Of a stretch of 64,000 nt of DNA, positions 29,818 to 38,475 are shown piece by piece. The position numbers and the translations under genes are program-made. The stretch's first letter is position 1. Each line of letters opens with the position of its first letter. The notes beneath the pieces are model-generated. The model did no database searches, was not told the DNA's origin, and saw nothing but the letters and a program-made list of their open reading frames with translations. The stretch lies in the NCBI GenBank assembly GCA_001779315.1, contig MFJU01000028.1, positions 614-64,613 on the forward strand. Reading direction: 5' to 3'. Origin of the DNA: Candidatus Gottesmanbacteria bacterium RIFCSPLOWO2_01_FULL_42_22. GTDB taxonomy: Bacteria; Patescibacteriota; Microgenomatia; 2-02-FULL-39-11.

Positions 29818-30584
29818 TGCCCGTCTCCGCATCCAGCTTCGCCGAGGCAAAGTCCAAACGGTTTTGGCCGGTTATTGTCCTTGTCCTAATCCTTTTTGCC
29901 CCGACAGCTTTCGGGGTAAATGCTGTTGTGTCGGCCCAAACGGCCACACCGGTCAAATCCATCAAATTCGGCAGTTTCACTCCCCCGCCGACCAATACCA
30001 AGACTCCTCTACCCTCACCGACCGCCTATGTTTCCATCCCACCTCTGTCAACTACTCCTGAACCTGACCCCAAAAAAATCTATTTCTTTTCCCAAAGGGA
30101 TCCAAGGTGGAGGACGTATAATCCATATACTGTCGGCCAACTTGGACCGTGCGGCTGCGGAGAAACGTCAACAGCCATGATTTTAACTAGTGTCTTGGAT
30201 AATTCCAGCAATCCTGATCAGGGCTATTATAATCCGCCAAGAATGTGGGATTATTATGAAAATCTCTATCCCGGGCGCTGCGGTACCGGTATAGAATGGC
30301 ATAAAAATACTTTGGAAAGCTTTGCGTTTCGAGCTTCAATAAATGCCTATGACCGGAATAACCCACAGGGAAGCAACAATGTGATAAAAAATTACCTGAA
30401 CAACGGCTATTTAGTGATAATCTACTATAAGCGTCCGGCCACTTACGGCCACTATGTCGTTTTGTCTGATATTATCGGATCAACAATCAAAGTCTATGAT
30501 CCTTACTATTTGCCAGGTGCCTCAATGCCTGTTACCATAGAATCGATAGCGATAATCCAAAGTTTTGTGGCAGCAAAAAAATAG
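29818..30584 (+). CDS. Secreted C39-like (papain-fold) peptidase
   Basis: FSQRDPRW, GCGETSTAM (Cys), GHYVV (His), YDPY (Asp); Pro/Thr linker; start uncertain. Confidence 0.85.
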
Positions 30585-30588
30585 ATTT

Positions 30589-31050
30589 ATGGAAAATATA
30601 AGAATATTCATCATAAATCATAAGAAGCTGATCATTATCCTTTTGATAACGATCATTTTGATTACTATCTTTTTGGTGTCACTGTTTCTTTTTAATACTT
30701 CGTCAGCGCCACCTCCGGAAGTCAAAACCACTCCTTTTCCTTTCCAACCGAATGGTGATTTTCGTCCTTTTGACAAACTAACTAATCTTACTCCTACCAT
30801 GCCTTTTACCGGAGCAGATGATGCGGCAAACGAAAAGTATATGCAAAAGCATCCGGAACTGACCACTGAGGCGGAACTCAAAGCCAAGCTGCCAATTGAG
30901 ACGGATGATTTTACTTTGGATTATTCATACCCAGAAGATAAATTTACCGTCACTTTTAAACAACCTGGAATAGTATCTCAAAAAATATTTGAAGATTGGA
31001 TGGAATCGATGGATCTTGGTGATAAAAACCGCTTCATTTTTCTCAATTGA
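30589..31050 (+). CDS. Single-TM partner protein
   Basis: MENIR start, TM helix, C-terminal LP..T..F......KFTV......F..W domain. Confidence 0.8.
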   Translation: MENIRIFIINHKKLIIILLITIILITIFLVSLFLFNTSSAPPPEVKTTPFPFQPNGDFRPFDKLTNLTPTMPFTGADDAANEKYMQKHPELTTEAELKAKLPIETDDFTLDYSYPEDKFTVTFKQPGIVSQKIFEDWMESMDLGDKNRFIFLN

Positions 31051-31082
31051 CAAAAAATCCCAAAATCCGTCAAAATAGGTTA

Positions 31083-31796
31083 ATGCCCAAAAAATTTTGG
31101 CCAGCAATGCTTCTGGTTCTTCTCTTTAATTAGGTTTTTGTCTCCCATATCAGCCTTGCCCAAACCAATGATAAAACTATTAAATTCGGCACATTCACTC
31201 CTCCAGCAACGCGTACTCCCACCAACAGACCGCCTGCTACTCCCACACTTTATGGCCAACCATCAATTACACCTCCCAATGGCAACGGTAACGGAGGAGG
31301 GTCAACTGCCAAAGTAAAGGATTTGGTTTCTGAAATCAGAAGGTATTGCCCAAACGGAATCGTGAAAGTGGAAAACGTCGATTGTGTAGACAGTATCAAT
31401 ATCAATCCCAACAGAAAACCGATGGTCGTGACTTTAATCAAACTTTCAACTCTTTATGCCTGTCCAGGATTCCTGCAATGTGTTGGATTTGTCCAGGCGG
31501 GAACGGCACTTGTCAACGGGTCGCCTCTCTCTATAGATCAACATGCTATTAATTACGCCACCAAGATTCCGGATGGCTATGCTTTCATCGAAAATTTCTC
31601 AGGTGTTAATATAAAAGTAGATGATTTACCTATCTGGGATTATGATACCTATGGGCATATTGCCTATGTTTTAAATGCCTATTCAAATCATGTCTTTCAG
31701 GTAGCTGAAGCCAATGCCCCAAAAGACGGCTATGTCGGCATAAGTTTCAAGACCACCGACAGCCCTAATTTTATCGGATTTTTGAGGAGGCAGTAA
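31083..31796 (+). pseudogene. Secreted CHAP-domain amidase with an in-frame TAG at codon 17
   Basis: ATG 31083 is in frame with the 31323 ORF; TAG at 31131; QCVGFV, YGHIAYV, VAEAN are CHAP motifs. Confidence 0.8.
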
Positions 31797-32509
31797 TGAA
31801 AAAATATTAAAAATTCATCATAATTTTTACGGTAATTTTAGGCCTGGCCGCCCTGTTTTTATTCAAAAGAAATTCTGCCATACCGAATAGAGAGAACAGG
31901 GTGACTGATAAATCCCCTAACAACCAAAATAATCAGGATGCAATTTTTGAGGAAAATCTGCCTCCTGAAATCATATCAGTCTCGCCCGAGGATAATGAGT
32001 TGAACGTCTCACTCAATTCTGTCATCACCATCACCTTTAATAGGAATTTCCGGCCGAATGAAATTGCTTTTTCCATGGCCCCGCAGACAGAAAGCAAAGT
32101 GGAAGTAACTGATAATATCCTGACTGTCACTCCCCTTAACTTGCAGGCAGGAATGAAATATACCTATATTATTAAATACGCTGTCCGTGCCAACCCCAGC
32201 CGGACGTATTCATTTACGACAGAGGGTCCCCTGCAGGAATTTCCGGACACGCGCGATGAGGAAGCGGTTAAACGGGAAAATGAATTCCAACTTGCGAATC
32301 ATCCTGATGTCTTTCTGGCCAATCAGACGCCGTATTCTTCCCCATCTTTCGAGGTAACGGCGGAATTTGACGATACGCTCTCGAATCCCCATTTTATCTT
32401 TACAGTTTTTCTCAAAACTAAGATGGGCCGGGCTGATTTCAACACTTGGGCATTCTCTTTGGGACTGACTGAAGAAAAACTAAATCAGCTGTCTATCGAT
32501 TACCGCTAA
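31796..32509 (+). pseudogene. Ig-like (Big_5) partner protein with an in-frame TAA at codon 5
   Basis: ATG 31796 reads MKKY*KFIIIFTVILGLAALFLF in frame with the 31901 ORF; PEIISVSPEDNELNVSLNSVITITFN. Confidence 0.75.
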
Positions 32510-32526
32510 AATCAGATCGTTTTTCC

Positions 32527-32913
32527 TTAGACTTTTTTCTTTTTTCCTAAATTGAGGGCGGCCAAGATAATCGAAGCAAACAACAAACCCCAACCTATAA
32601 GATAAAAAATTACCGGAAGAACATCTGAAATAAGCAGGTTTAACAATCTTTGCAGCCGGAAGTGAGGAGTAATTGTGATCAGAGAATTGAGGGTCTGTTC
32701 CCTGAAGGCGGCAATGAGATGTTTATCGTATTCGAATGAAAAAAGCAGTATGGCAAAAGCTAAAAAAATCATGGTGGCAAACCTGGAGGGGCGGTAGAGT
32801 GAAAGAATTATGCCTATAATCAATCCGGTCAGATAGGCAAAAGCGATATAGTTATGGATAAATAGAAGATAGAGTGCCACAATAATATTCTGCCTCAAAT
32901 CCGCTGCCAGCAT
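32527..32913 (-). CDS. Small membrane protein
   Basis: Three to four hydrophobic helices. Confidence 0.75.
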   Translation of the reverse strand: MLAADLRQNIIVALYLLFIHNYIAFAYLTGLIIGIILSLYRPSRFATMIFLAFAILLFSFEYDKHLIAAFREQTLNSLITITPHFRLQRLLNLLISDVLPVIFYLIGWGLLFASIILAALNLGKKKKV

Positions 32914-32982
32914 AAGACTACTATTTTAACAGTTTGGTGTGCCACTTGCCACATTTTGCTATATCTGGTAAGATTTATAAAT

Positions 32983-33080
32983 CCTAAAGACAGCGGGTTC
33001 CCGACTTGGTCGAGGATTAAACCAAAAGCCTGCCGAGGGAGACAAAATACGTATTTGTATCGTCCCCTCCTTTAGAGGGG
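32983..33080 (+). promoter_or_regulatory. Ribosomal protein L10 leader
   Basis: AAGACAGCGGG...TTAAA...CCTGCCGAGG consensus followed by a hairpin before rplJ. Confidence 0.85.
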
Positions 33081-33086
33081 ATTTTT

Positions 33087-33629
33087 ATGAGAAAAGCTAA
33101 ACCTAATCAAAAAAAAGAAGATACAGTCAAAGATTTAAACGGAAAATTCACCAGGGCAAAGGCTTTTTTCCTGACCGACTATAAAGGCCTGACACATAAA
33201 GAGCTCGAGGATCTCCGGCGCAGGCTGAAAAAAGTTGAGGCGGAATACGTGGTTGCCAAAAATACCCTCATTAAAATCGCGCTGGAGCAAACTGGCAAGC
33301 AAACCTCCGGACAGCTCAAGGACCACCTCAAGGAATCAACGGCTACCATGTTTGCCTATGGCGATGAGATGGCGGCTGTCAAAGCATTATCTGATTTTGC
33401 CAAAAATTTGACGCTTCCCAAAATTAAGGCTGGGCTTTTTTCCGGCAATATCGCTTCGGAAGCTGATTTTCAAAGGCTGGCAACGCTTCCCTCCCGTGAT
33501 ATCCTCTTAGCTACGCTTTTGAACGGGCTTAATGCCCCAATACAGAAATTTCACTATGCTCTTTCCTGGAATCTGGTAAAATTTGTGACTGTTTTAGATA
33601 ACATTAAAAGCAAAAAACCAAGTAATTAA
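33087..33629 (+). CDS. rplJ: 50S ribosomal protein L10
   Basis: DYKGLT, VAKNTL, LATLPSR. Confidence 0.96.
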   Translation: MRKAKPNQKKEDTVKDLNGKFTRAKAFFLTDYKGLTHKELEDLRRRLKKVEAEYVVAKNTLIKIALEQTGKQTSGQLKDHLKESTATMFAYGDEMAAVKALSDFAKNLTLPKIKAGLFSGNIASEADFQRLATLPSRDILLATLLNGLNAPIQKFHYALSWNLVKFVTVLDNIKSKKPSN

Positions 33630-33740
33630 ATTCAAAATCCAAATAACAAATAACAAATCAAATCCAAATAACAAATAACAAATTTTTTGAGTTTTGAATT
33701 TTGAGCTTGATTTGAATTTTGAATTTTGTCATTTGAATTT
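33628..33740. repeat. Mirror-image heptamer arrays (caaataa-type then tttgaat-type) between rplJ and rplL
   Basis: Imperfect 7-mer tandem repeats in the first half, complementary to those in the second half. Confidence 0.85.
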
Positions 33741-33763
33741 CTAACGAAGGGTGGTGATAATAG

Positions 33764-34153
33764 ATGGCAAAACTAACTAAGGATGATATTTTAAAAGCAG
33801 TAGAAGATATGTCAGTCATGGAATTGGCTGATCTGGTCAAGGCTCTGGAAGAGAAATTCGGCGTTTCAGCTGCACCGACAGCTGTGGCCGCACCAACCGG
33901 AGGCGCTCCCGCCGCAGGCGGTGAAGCCGCTCCTGAACAGACTACTTTCAATGTAGTTCTGGCAAACGCCGGCGGCAATAAAATTGCTGTCATTAAGGCA
34001 GTCAGGGAATTGGTGCCGACACTCGGTCTGACAGAAGCTAAAGCATTGGTCGAATCAGCTCCCAAGGACGTTTTAACCGGCGTCAACAAGAAAACAGCTG
34101 AAGAAGCCAAAACCAAACTGACAACCGCAGGTGCTACAGTCGAACTAAAATAA
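33764..34153 (+). CDS. rplL: 50S ribosomal protein L7/L12
   Basis: [32 protein letters not shown]. Confidence 0.97.
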   Translation: MAKLTKDDILKAVEDMSVMELADLVKALEEKFGVSAAPTAVAAPTGGAPAAGGEAAPEQTTFNVVLANAGGNKIAVIKAVRELVPTLGLTEAKALVESAPKDVLTGVNKKTAEEAKTKLTTAGATVELK

Positions 34154-34169
34154 GATAATTGTAATTTTC

Positions 34170-34208
34170 CCCGGATCGTCAAATATACGACGATCCGGGA
34201 TCGTCAGA
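34170..34208. repeat. REP-like palindrome, copy 2
   Basis: cccggatcgtc aaatatac gacgatccggg atcgtcaga. Confidence 0.85.
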
Positions 34209-34453
34209 AAATCCCCCGATAATGTTAATGTCTGGGGATATTTGTGGTAAATTTACCCTTTCGCTCAATTTTCGTCACCTACTTATTTTTACCTTCAATC
34301 TATAAAATAATATATCAAACTAAATGCTCTCTTTTGATCTTTATTGACAACAATAAAGTCTATGTGTTACATTTAGTATCTAATTGACCCTGTCAACTGC
34401 CCTCCGAGTTGGAGGGTCTGCCTCTTTATAAAGATTATTAGGAGAATCAACTT

Positions 34454-34654
34454 ATGGCATTCGGCGATGATTGGCCGGAACTTCTAACTGTACGCGAGGT
34501 CGCGAAAATATTAAGAGTTTCCCCCCTGACCATCAAAAGATGGGGCAAACGCGGCAAACTGCCGGCCATCCGCATCAATTCCCGGGGAGACCGCCGCTAC
34601 AAAAAGGAAGCTGTCCTCTGGCTCCTGGGTATGCAGCAAAAAGGCCAGGTTTAA
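34454..34654 (+). CDS. Small MerR-like/excisionase-type (BldC-like) HTH protein
   Basis: LLTVREVAKILRVSPLTIKRWGKRGKLPAIR...GDRRY; AGGAG RBS; TTGACA(34344)...TACATT promoter. Confidence 0.9.
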   Translation: MAFGDDWPELLTVREVAKILRVSPLTIKRWGKRGKLPAIRINSRGDRRYKKEAVLWLLGMQQKGQV

Positions 34655-34920
34655 TCATATTGCATCAATGGCAATAAAGCCGACCTGCCCCGTTAAAGGT
34701 TCTTCACCGGCGACTCTATTTTGTAAAAATCTTAACCCGATAATCTTGGATTTTTCTTCCTGAGAGAGGACTCTTTTCTGATAATCTATACCCATACCAC
34801 TTAATAATTTCCCTATCAATGAAATTTTATATGATTGATGCTCCAAAAAACCTACGACCGGAGAAGTTTCGAGATCATAAACATCTTCCATGGATTTAAA
34901 GAGAGCTATAATTGGCAGGA

Positions 34921-35781
34921 TCAAATACTTATGGCTTTCAGCTCTTCGGCGGCAATAGTCGGGTCAATCACATTGACGGAAAGGCCTGTACCCAGCTCAA
35001 AACCGGCTCTGTGAACAAGTCTGGGGATAATCCTCAAAAACCAGTTTTTAGCATGATGGATATAAAAATTATAGGAAAAGGGCATCTGTGTGTGGCTTTT
35101 GGAGATTGTCTGGTCGTGATATTTGACCTTCAACTTTTTTAAGGCATTCTGCAGAATGACGGACAGGTCTTTCAGTTCCTCATCAGCTGTATCCCCATAA
35201 ACTGTACCTTCTTTTTTGGGAGCAATCCAAACCTCATAAGGCCACTGGGAAAAATCAGGACAATAGGTGACAAAAAAATTATTATCCTCAACCACATTCA
35301 TGATCGGCTCGCGAACCAGGGCATCCAGATTGATCTGCCGAGGAATTAGGACCAGCTGGGAATGGGGATGGGCCAGGGACGCTCCGGCCAGAGAGCCGTG
35401 ATTGGCAAAAAGCATGACCTGGCCGCTGCCGGCGTGGATCTGAAACCGCTGGCGGTAAACCGTCAAAAGCTGATTGACCTGATTGAGGTCAAACTCGGCA
35501 ATATCCTTGTTATGGTCAGGGCTGTGGATAATGACTTCGTGAGTATCGGTAATGGGAAATTTATTGGGGATAACCCTGATTTTCCAGCCCGGCTTGTCTT
35601 TCTCCCCCTCCCCGATTCTCATGATCTCCGGAGGCGTCATTGCCTCGTTCCCGCTGCAAAAAACGCAAACTGAAGGCTTCTCCTCCTCTTTCTTTAACCC
35701 ATGCTCGTCAGGACGGGATGTCCTGGTTTGGGAAATGACAATCCAGCGCTGGGTTTTAACATCAGGGACAAATTTGGCCAT
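34921..35781 (-). CDS. galT: GalT-like (HIT superfamily) sugar-1-phosphate nucleotidyltransferase
   Basis: CVFC, VIPNKFP, HEVII, GASLAHPHSQ, AGFELGTG. Confidence 0.88.
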   Translation of the reverse strand: MAKFVPDVKTQRWIVISQTRTSRPDEHGLKKEEEKPSVCVFCSGNEAMTPPEIMRIGEGEKDKPGWKIRVIPNKFPITDTHEVIIHSPDHNKDIAEFDLNQVNQLLTVYRQRFQIHAGSGQVMLFANHGSLAGASLAHPHSQLVLIPRQINLDALVREPIMNVVEDNNFFVTYCPDFSQWPYEVWIAPKKEGTVYGDTADEELKDLSVILQNALKKLKVKYHDQTISKSHTQMPFSYNFYIHHAKNWFLRIIPRLVHRAGFELGTGLSVNVIDPTIAAEELKAISI

Positions 35782-35886
35782 AAATTAACTGATTAAAGTA
35801 TTACGCATTGGGGATTAAGTATCAAGTATTGAAAGCAAAAAATCAGGCCAATACTACCCAATTTCATCATTCAGCGATTTATGTTA

Positions 35887-36909
35887 TTAGTTATTTTTTT
35901 TAGAGAGAGGTATTTTATCCACAGTTTGTCGAATCTGGTCATGACTTCCATCAAAGTTATATAAATCAGACCAGGTTTCGATCCTGATAATTCCTGAAAG
36001 CGACTTACGACTTACATCTACTTGGAAAGACAGTTCAAAATTATTCCCAAAAGAAATATTGTAGTTGTCTATCACAAATGTATTTGTTTCATCATAATAA
36101 ATTTGGCCCCAACCAGCTTGATTGGAACTGAAGGATGATGTTTTCTGCATTCCCGATGGTAAAATGATTTTCATAAAAGGATCAATGGCGACATTCATTT
36201 CTGAATTTGGAATTACTTTAATGGTGATAATAAAAGTTTTACTTCCATTTACTCCTCCCGGATCGAGATCGACAGACACCGAAGATTGCGGTGTGATCAT
36301 GAGGGGATTCGTGTCAAGTATATCCGTTTTAGCTTTGGCTTTCGCTTCGGCTTTATTAAGCAGATCAAGATCATCGGGAGAGTCTGTGAGTGAAAGATCA
36401 TCAGTCAGGGATAAATTAAAGGGAAGCAGATTTAATTTATCGATGATATCTTTAAGATAATATGGAGGGGTCCAATTTTTCTCTTTAGGTTTTTCTTCAC
36501 CCAACATATCCCAGTCGATATTGCCGGACGGATCTGTAAATCTTAGCGGATTATTCCGTACATATGCATATCTATTTGTTCCGTCACTGGCAGTATCTGC
36601 CTGGGTGAATTTGCCGATTGTAGGATTGTAGTAGCGGGCATTGTAGTAGTAGAGGCCGGTTTCATCAGTATCGGAGACCTGGCCGGTATATTGTCTCTTT
36701 GTAGTCAAGTTGCTGTCGGCTGACCTGGTTTCACCAAAGGGATAATAGACCTGTTTTGAGGCTTTCTTGCCTGTACTGTCAGTCGTCAGCACGGTTGAAC
36801 CCAGATGGTCCTGGTGGACAAAATAGAGGATTTCTGCGGCAAATATGGAGCCTGGCAAAAGCAGACAGAGCAAAAGAAGAAATAATATCAGGTAGATTCT
36901 CAATTTCAT
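35887..36909 (-). CDS. Secreted Rhs-core protein with a beta-rich (Ig/DUF11-like) C-terminal payload
   Basis: Signal peptide, then HQDHLGS...YTGQ...GLYYYNARYYNP...NNPLRFTDPSG. Confidence 0.9.
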   Translation of the reverse strand: MKLRIYLILFLLLLCLLLPGSIFAAEILYFVHQDHLGSTVLTTDSTGKKASKQVYYPFGETRSADSNLTTKRQYTGQVSDTDETGLYYYNARYYNPTIGKFTQADTASDGTNRYAYVRNNPLRFTDPSGNIDWDMLGEEKPKEKNWTPPYYLKDIIDKLNLLPFNLSLTDDLSLTDSPDDLDLLNKAEAKAKAKTDILDTNPLMITPQSSVSVDLDPGGVNGSKTFIITIKVIPNSEMNVAIDPFMKIILPSGMQKTSSFSSNQAGWGQIYYDETNTFVIDNYNISFGNNFELSFQVDVSRKSLSGIIRIETWSDLYNFDGSHDQIRQTVDKIPLSKKNN

Positions 36910-37019
36910 ATCTTCTACCTCAGTCTATAACAAATCAAATCAGGAAAGCAAAAGATCATATTAGTGTTAGAAGATTTCACTCGTAATGGGAATTATATGG
37001 TCCATCAATTAATTGTTAT

Positions 37020-37195
37020 AAAAGATATCCGAGGATGAAAAAGCTCCATTTCCTCAACCATACTCTAACTTAGAATTTCACTCTCTCACCCTCAAGCAAG
37101 TATATACCTAATCTCTATTCGCTCGGCAGCTAATAAAAGCATTGGAGAGGGCTGGTTTTCAGATAGTTTCACAAATAAGAGGGAGTTCGAAGAAT
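37020..37195 (+). pseudogene. hicB/hicA-like remnant
   Basis: ARQLIKALERAGFQIVSQIRGS resembles a HicA N-terminus; the preceding fragment may be a HicB tail. Confidence 0.5.
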
Positions 37196-37279
37196 ATGTT
37201 TAGTCCAACATAAAATCCCCGAGGTGTCGAATCTATTCCACCTGGGAGGAGAAAAATAAGGTGGAAATTTTATTTATTT

Positions 37280-38473
37280 TTAATTCGGATGGAAAGGAGT
37301 CCGTTTCTTCTTTGTAAAATCATAAGCTTCAAAAGATGATGCATTTGGATATTTTTCTTCTAAATATAAATCAAGAAAATCGACTCTTAAACCTGGATCT
37401 TTTACATAAATAGTCGAATCTGATGTTAAAATAGATACTTTATGACGTATTTCATCTCCTGTTGGCTTAAATTTTCCTGTTTTAAAAGACAAGTCTGTTG
37501 CATCAAGTCCTTGATATCTTGCGGCATCAGTAAGTAGCGCAGCTCGATGCCTACATATCCCGCCACAACCAGTATTCCATAAATTTGTAAAACCATTTTC
37601 TGCATCCATCATCTCATCAGCAAGACTTGCTGACTGAGAATTATAAGGAACACTTTTATTTATGATATCACCCAGCTCATCAAACTTTGAAACTGGGGTA
37701 TCCATTTCCGTAGTTTGCATAGCCAAGTATTGGAATAACTCTTCATCGCTACTAAACTGGGGTGTAGCTGTAGCTAACACATCATCAATTTGTGTTGATG
37801 CAGCAGTTCCAGGTAAAGGATTGATACACTCAGGACCTCCACCGCTAGCTAAACAAAGACCGGTGTCTGCTATTTCTAATAGTGGTCCCAGAGGAGGAAA
37901 TATCGGAATCAACATTGCCAGGTAAATACTCGTGATCGCTGCTACATCCGACAAAGATGCATCAGCTCCTGGGCCTATTGGCGGTACTCTTCCTCCTCCA
38001 CGGTGAGCTCCGGGTTTTGTTTCATCAGGTGGCGGAGGTGGTAGTTCGTCTTTTCCCGGAAATGCGCTTTGGTGTCCTGAAGGATCAACTAAAGCAATTG
38101 GATTATTTCTGACATATGCATATCTATTTGTTCCGTCACTGGCAGTATCTGCCTGGGTGAATTTACCGATTGTAGGATTGTAGTAGCGGGCATTGTAGTA
38201 GTAGAGGCCGGTTTCGTCCGTATCGGAGACTTGGCCGGTATATTGTCTCTTGGTCGTCTGATGGCCGACCGGTAATGATTGTTTTCTGGTTTCTCCAAAC
38301 GGGAAATAGACTTGTTTGGAAGCATTCTTGCCGGTTGTGTCAGTGGTAAGTAATGTACTACCCAGATGGTCCTGATGGATATAATATAGAGTTTCGGCGG
38401 ACAAGACTGAAGCAGGGGCAAACAGTGAAAATAAAGTAAGTAATATTAAAGCGACGATTTTTTTAGCTACCAC
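37280..38473 (-). CDS. Secreted Rhs-core protein with a papain/transglutaminase-like C-terminal payload
   Basis: Signal peptide, Rhs core ending NNPIALVDPSG; GICRHRAALL...RHKV...VKDPG suggests a Cys-His-Asp triad. Confidence 0.9.
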   Translation of the reverse strand: MVAKKIVALILLTLFSLFAPASVLSAETLYYIHQDHLGSTLLTTDTTGKNASKQVYFPFGETRKQSLPVGHQTTKRQYTGQVSDTDETGLYYYNARYYNPTIGKFTQADTASDGTNRYAYVRNNPIALVDPSGHQSAFPGKDELPPPPPDETKPGAHRGGGRVPPIGPGADASLSDVAAITSIYLAMLIPIFPPLGPLLEIADTGLCLASGGGPECINPLPGTAASTQIDDVLATATPQFSSDEELFQYLAMQTTEMDTPVSKFDELGDIINKSVPYNSQSASLADEMMDAENGFTNLWNTGCGGICRHRAALLTDAARYQGLDATDLSFKTGKFKPTGDEIRHKVSILTSDSTIYVKDPGLRVDFLDLYLEEKYPNASSFEAYDFTKKKRTPFHPN

Positions 38474-38475
38474 TC

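Noticed and set aside
31083-31810. Stop-codon reassignment as the cause of the in-frame TAG and TAA
   Set aside because: TAA and TGA end conserved genes here (e.g. rplL, rpe region, MNT genes) and other long ORFs are uninterrupted, so point mutation or error is simpler.
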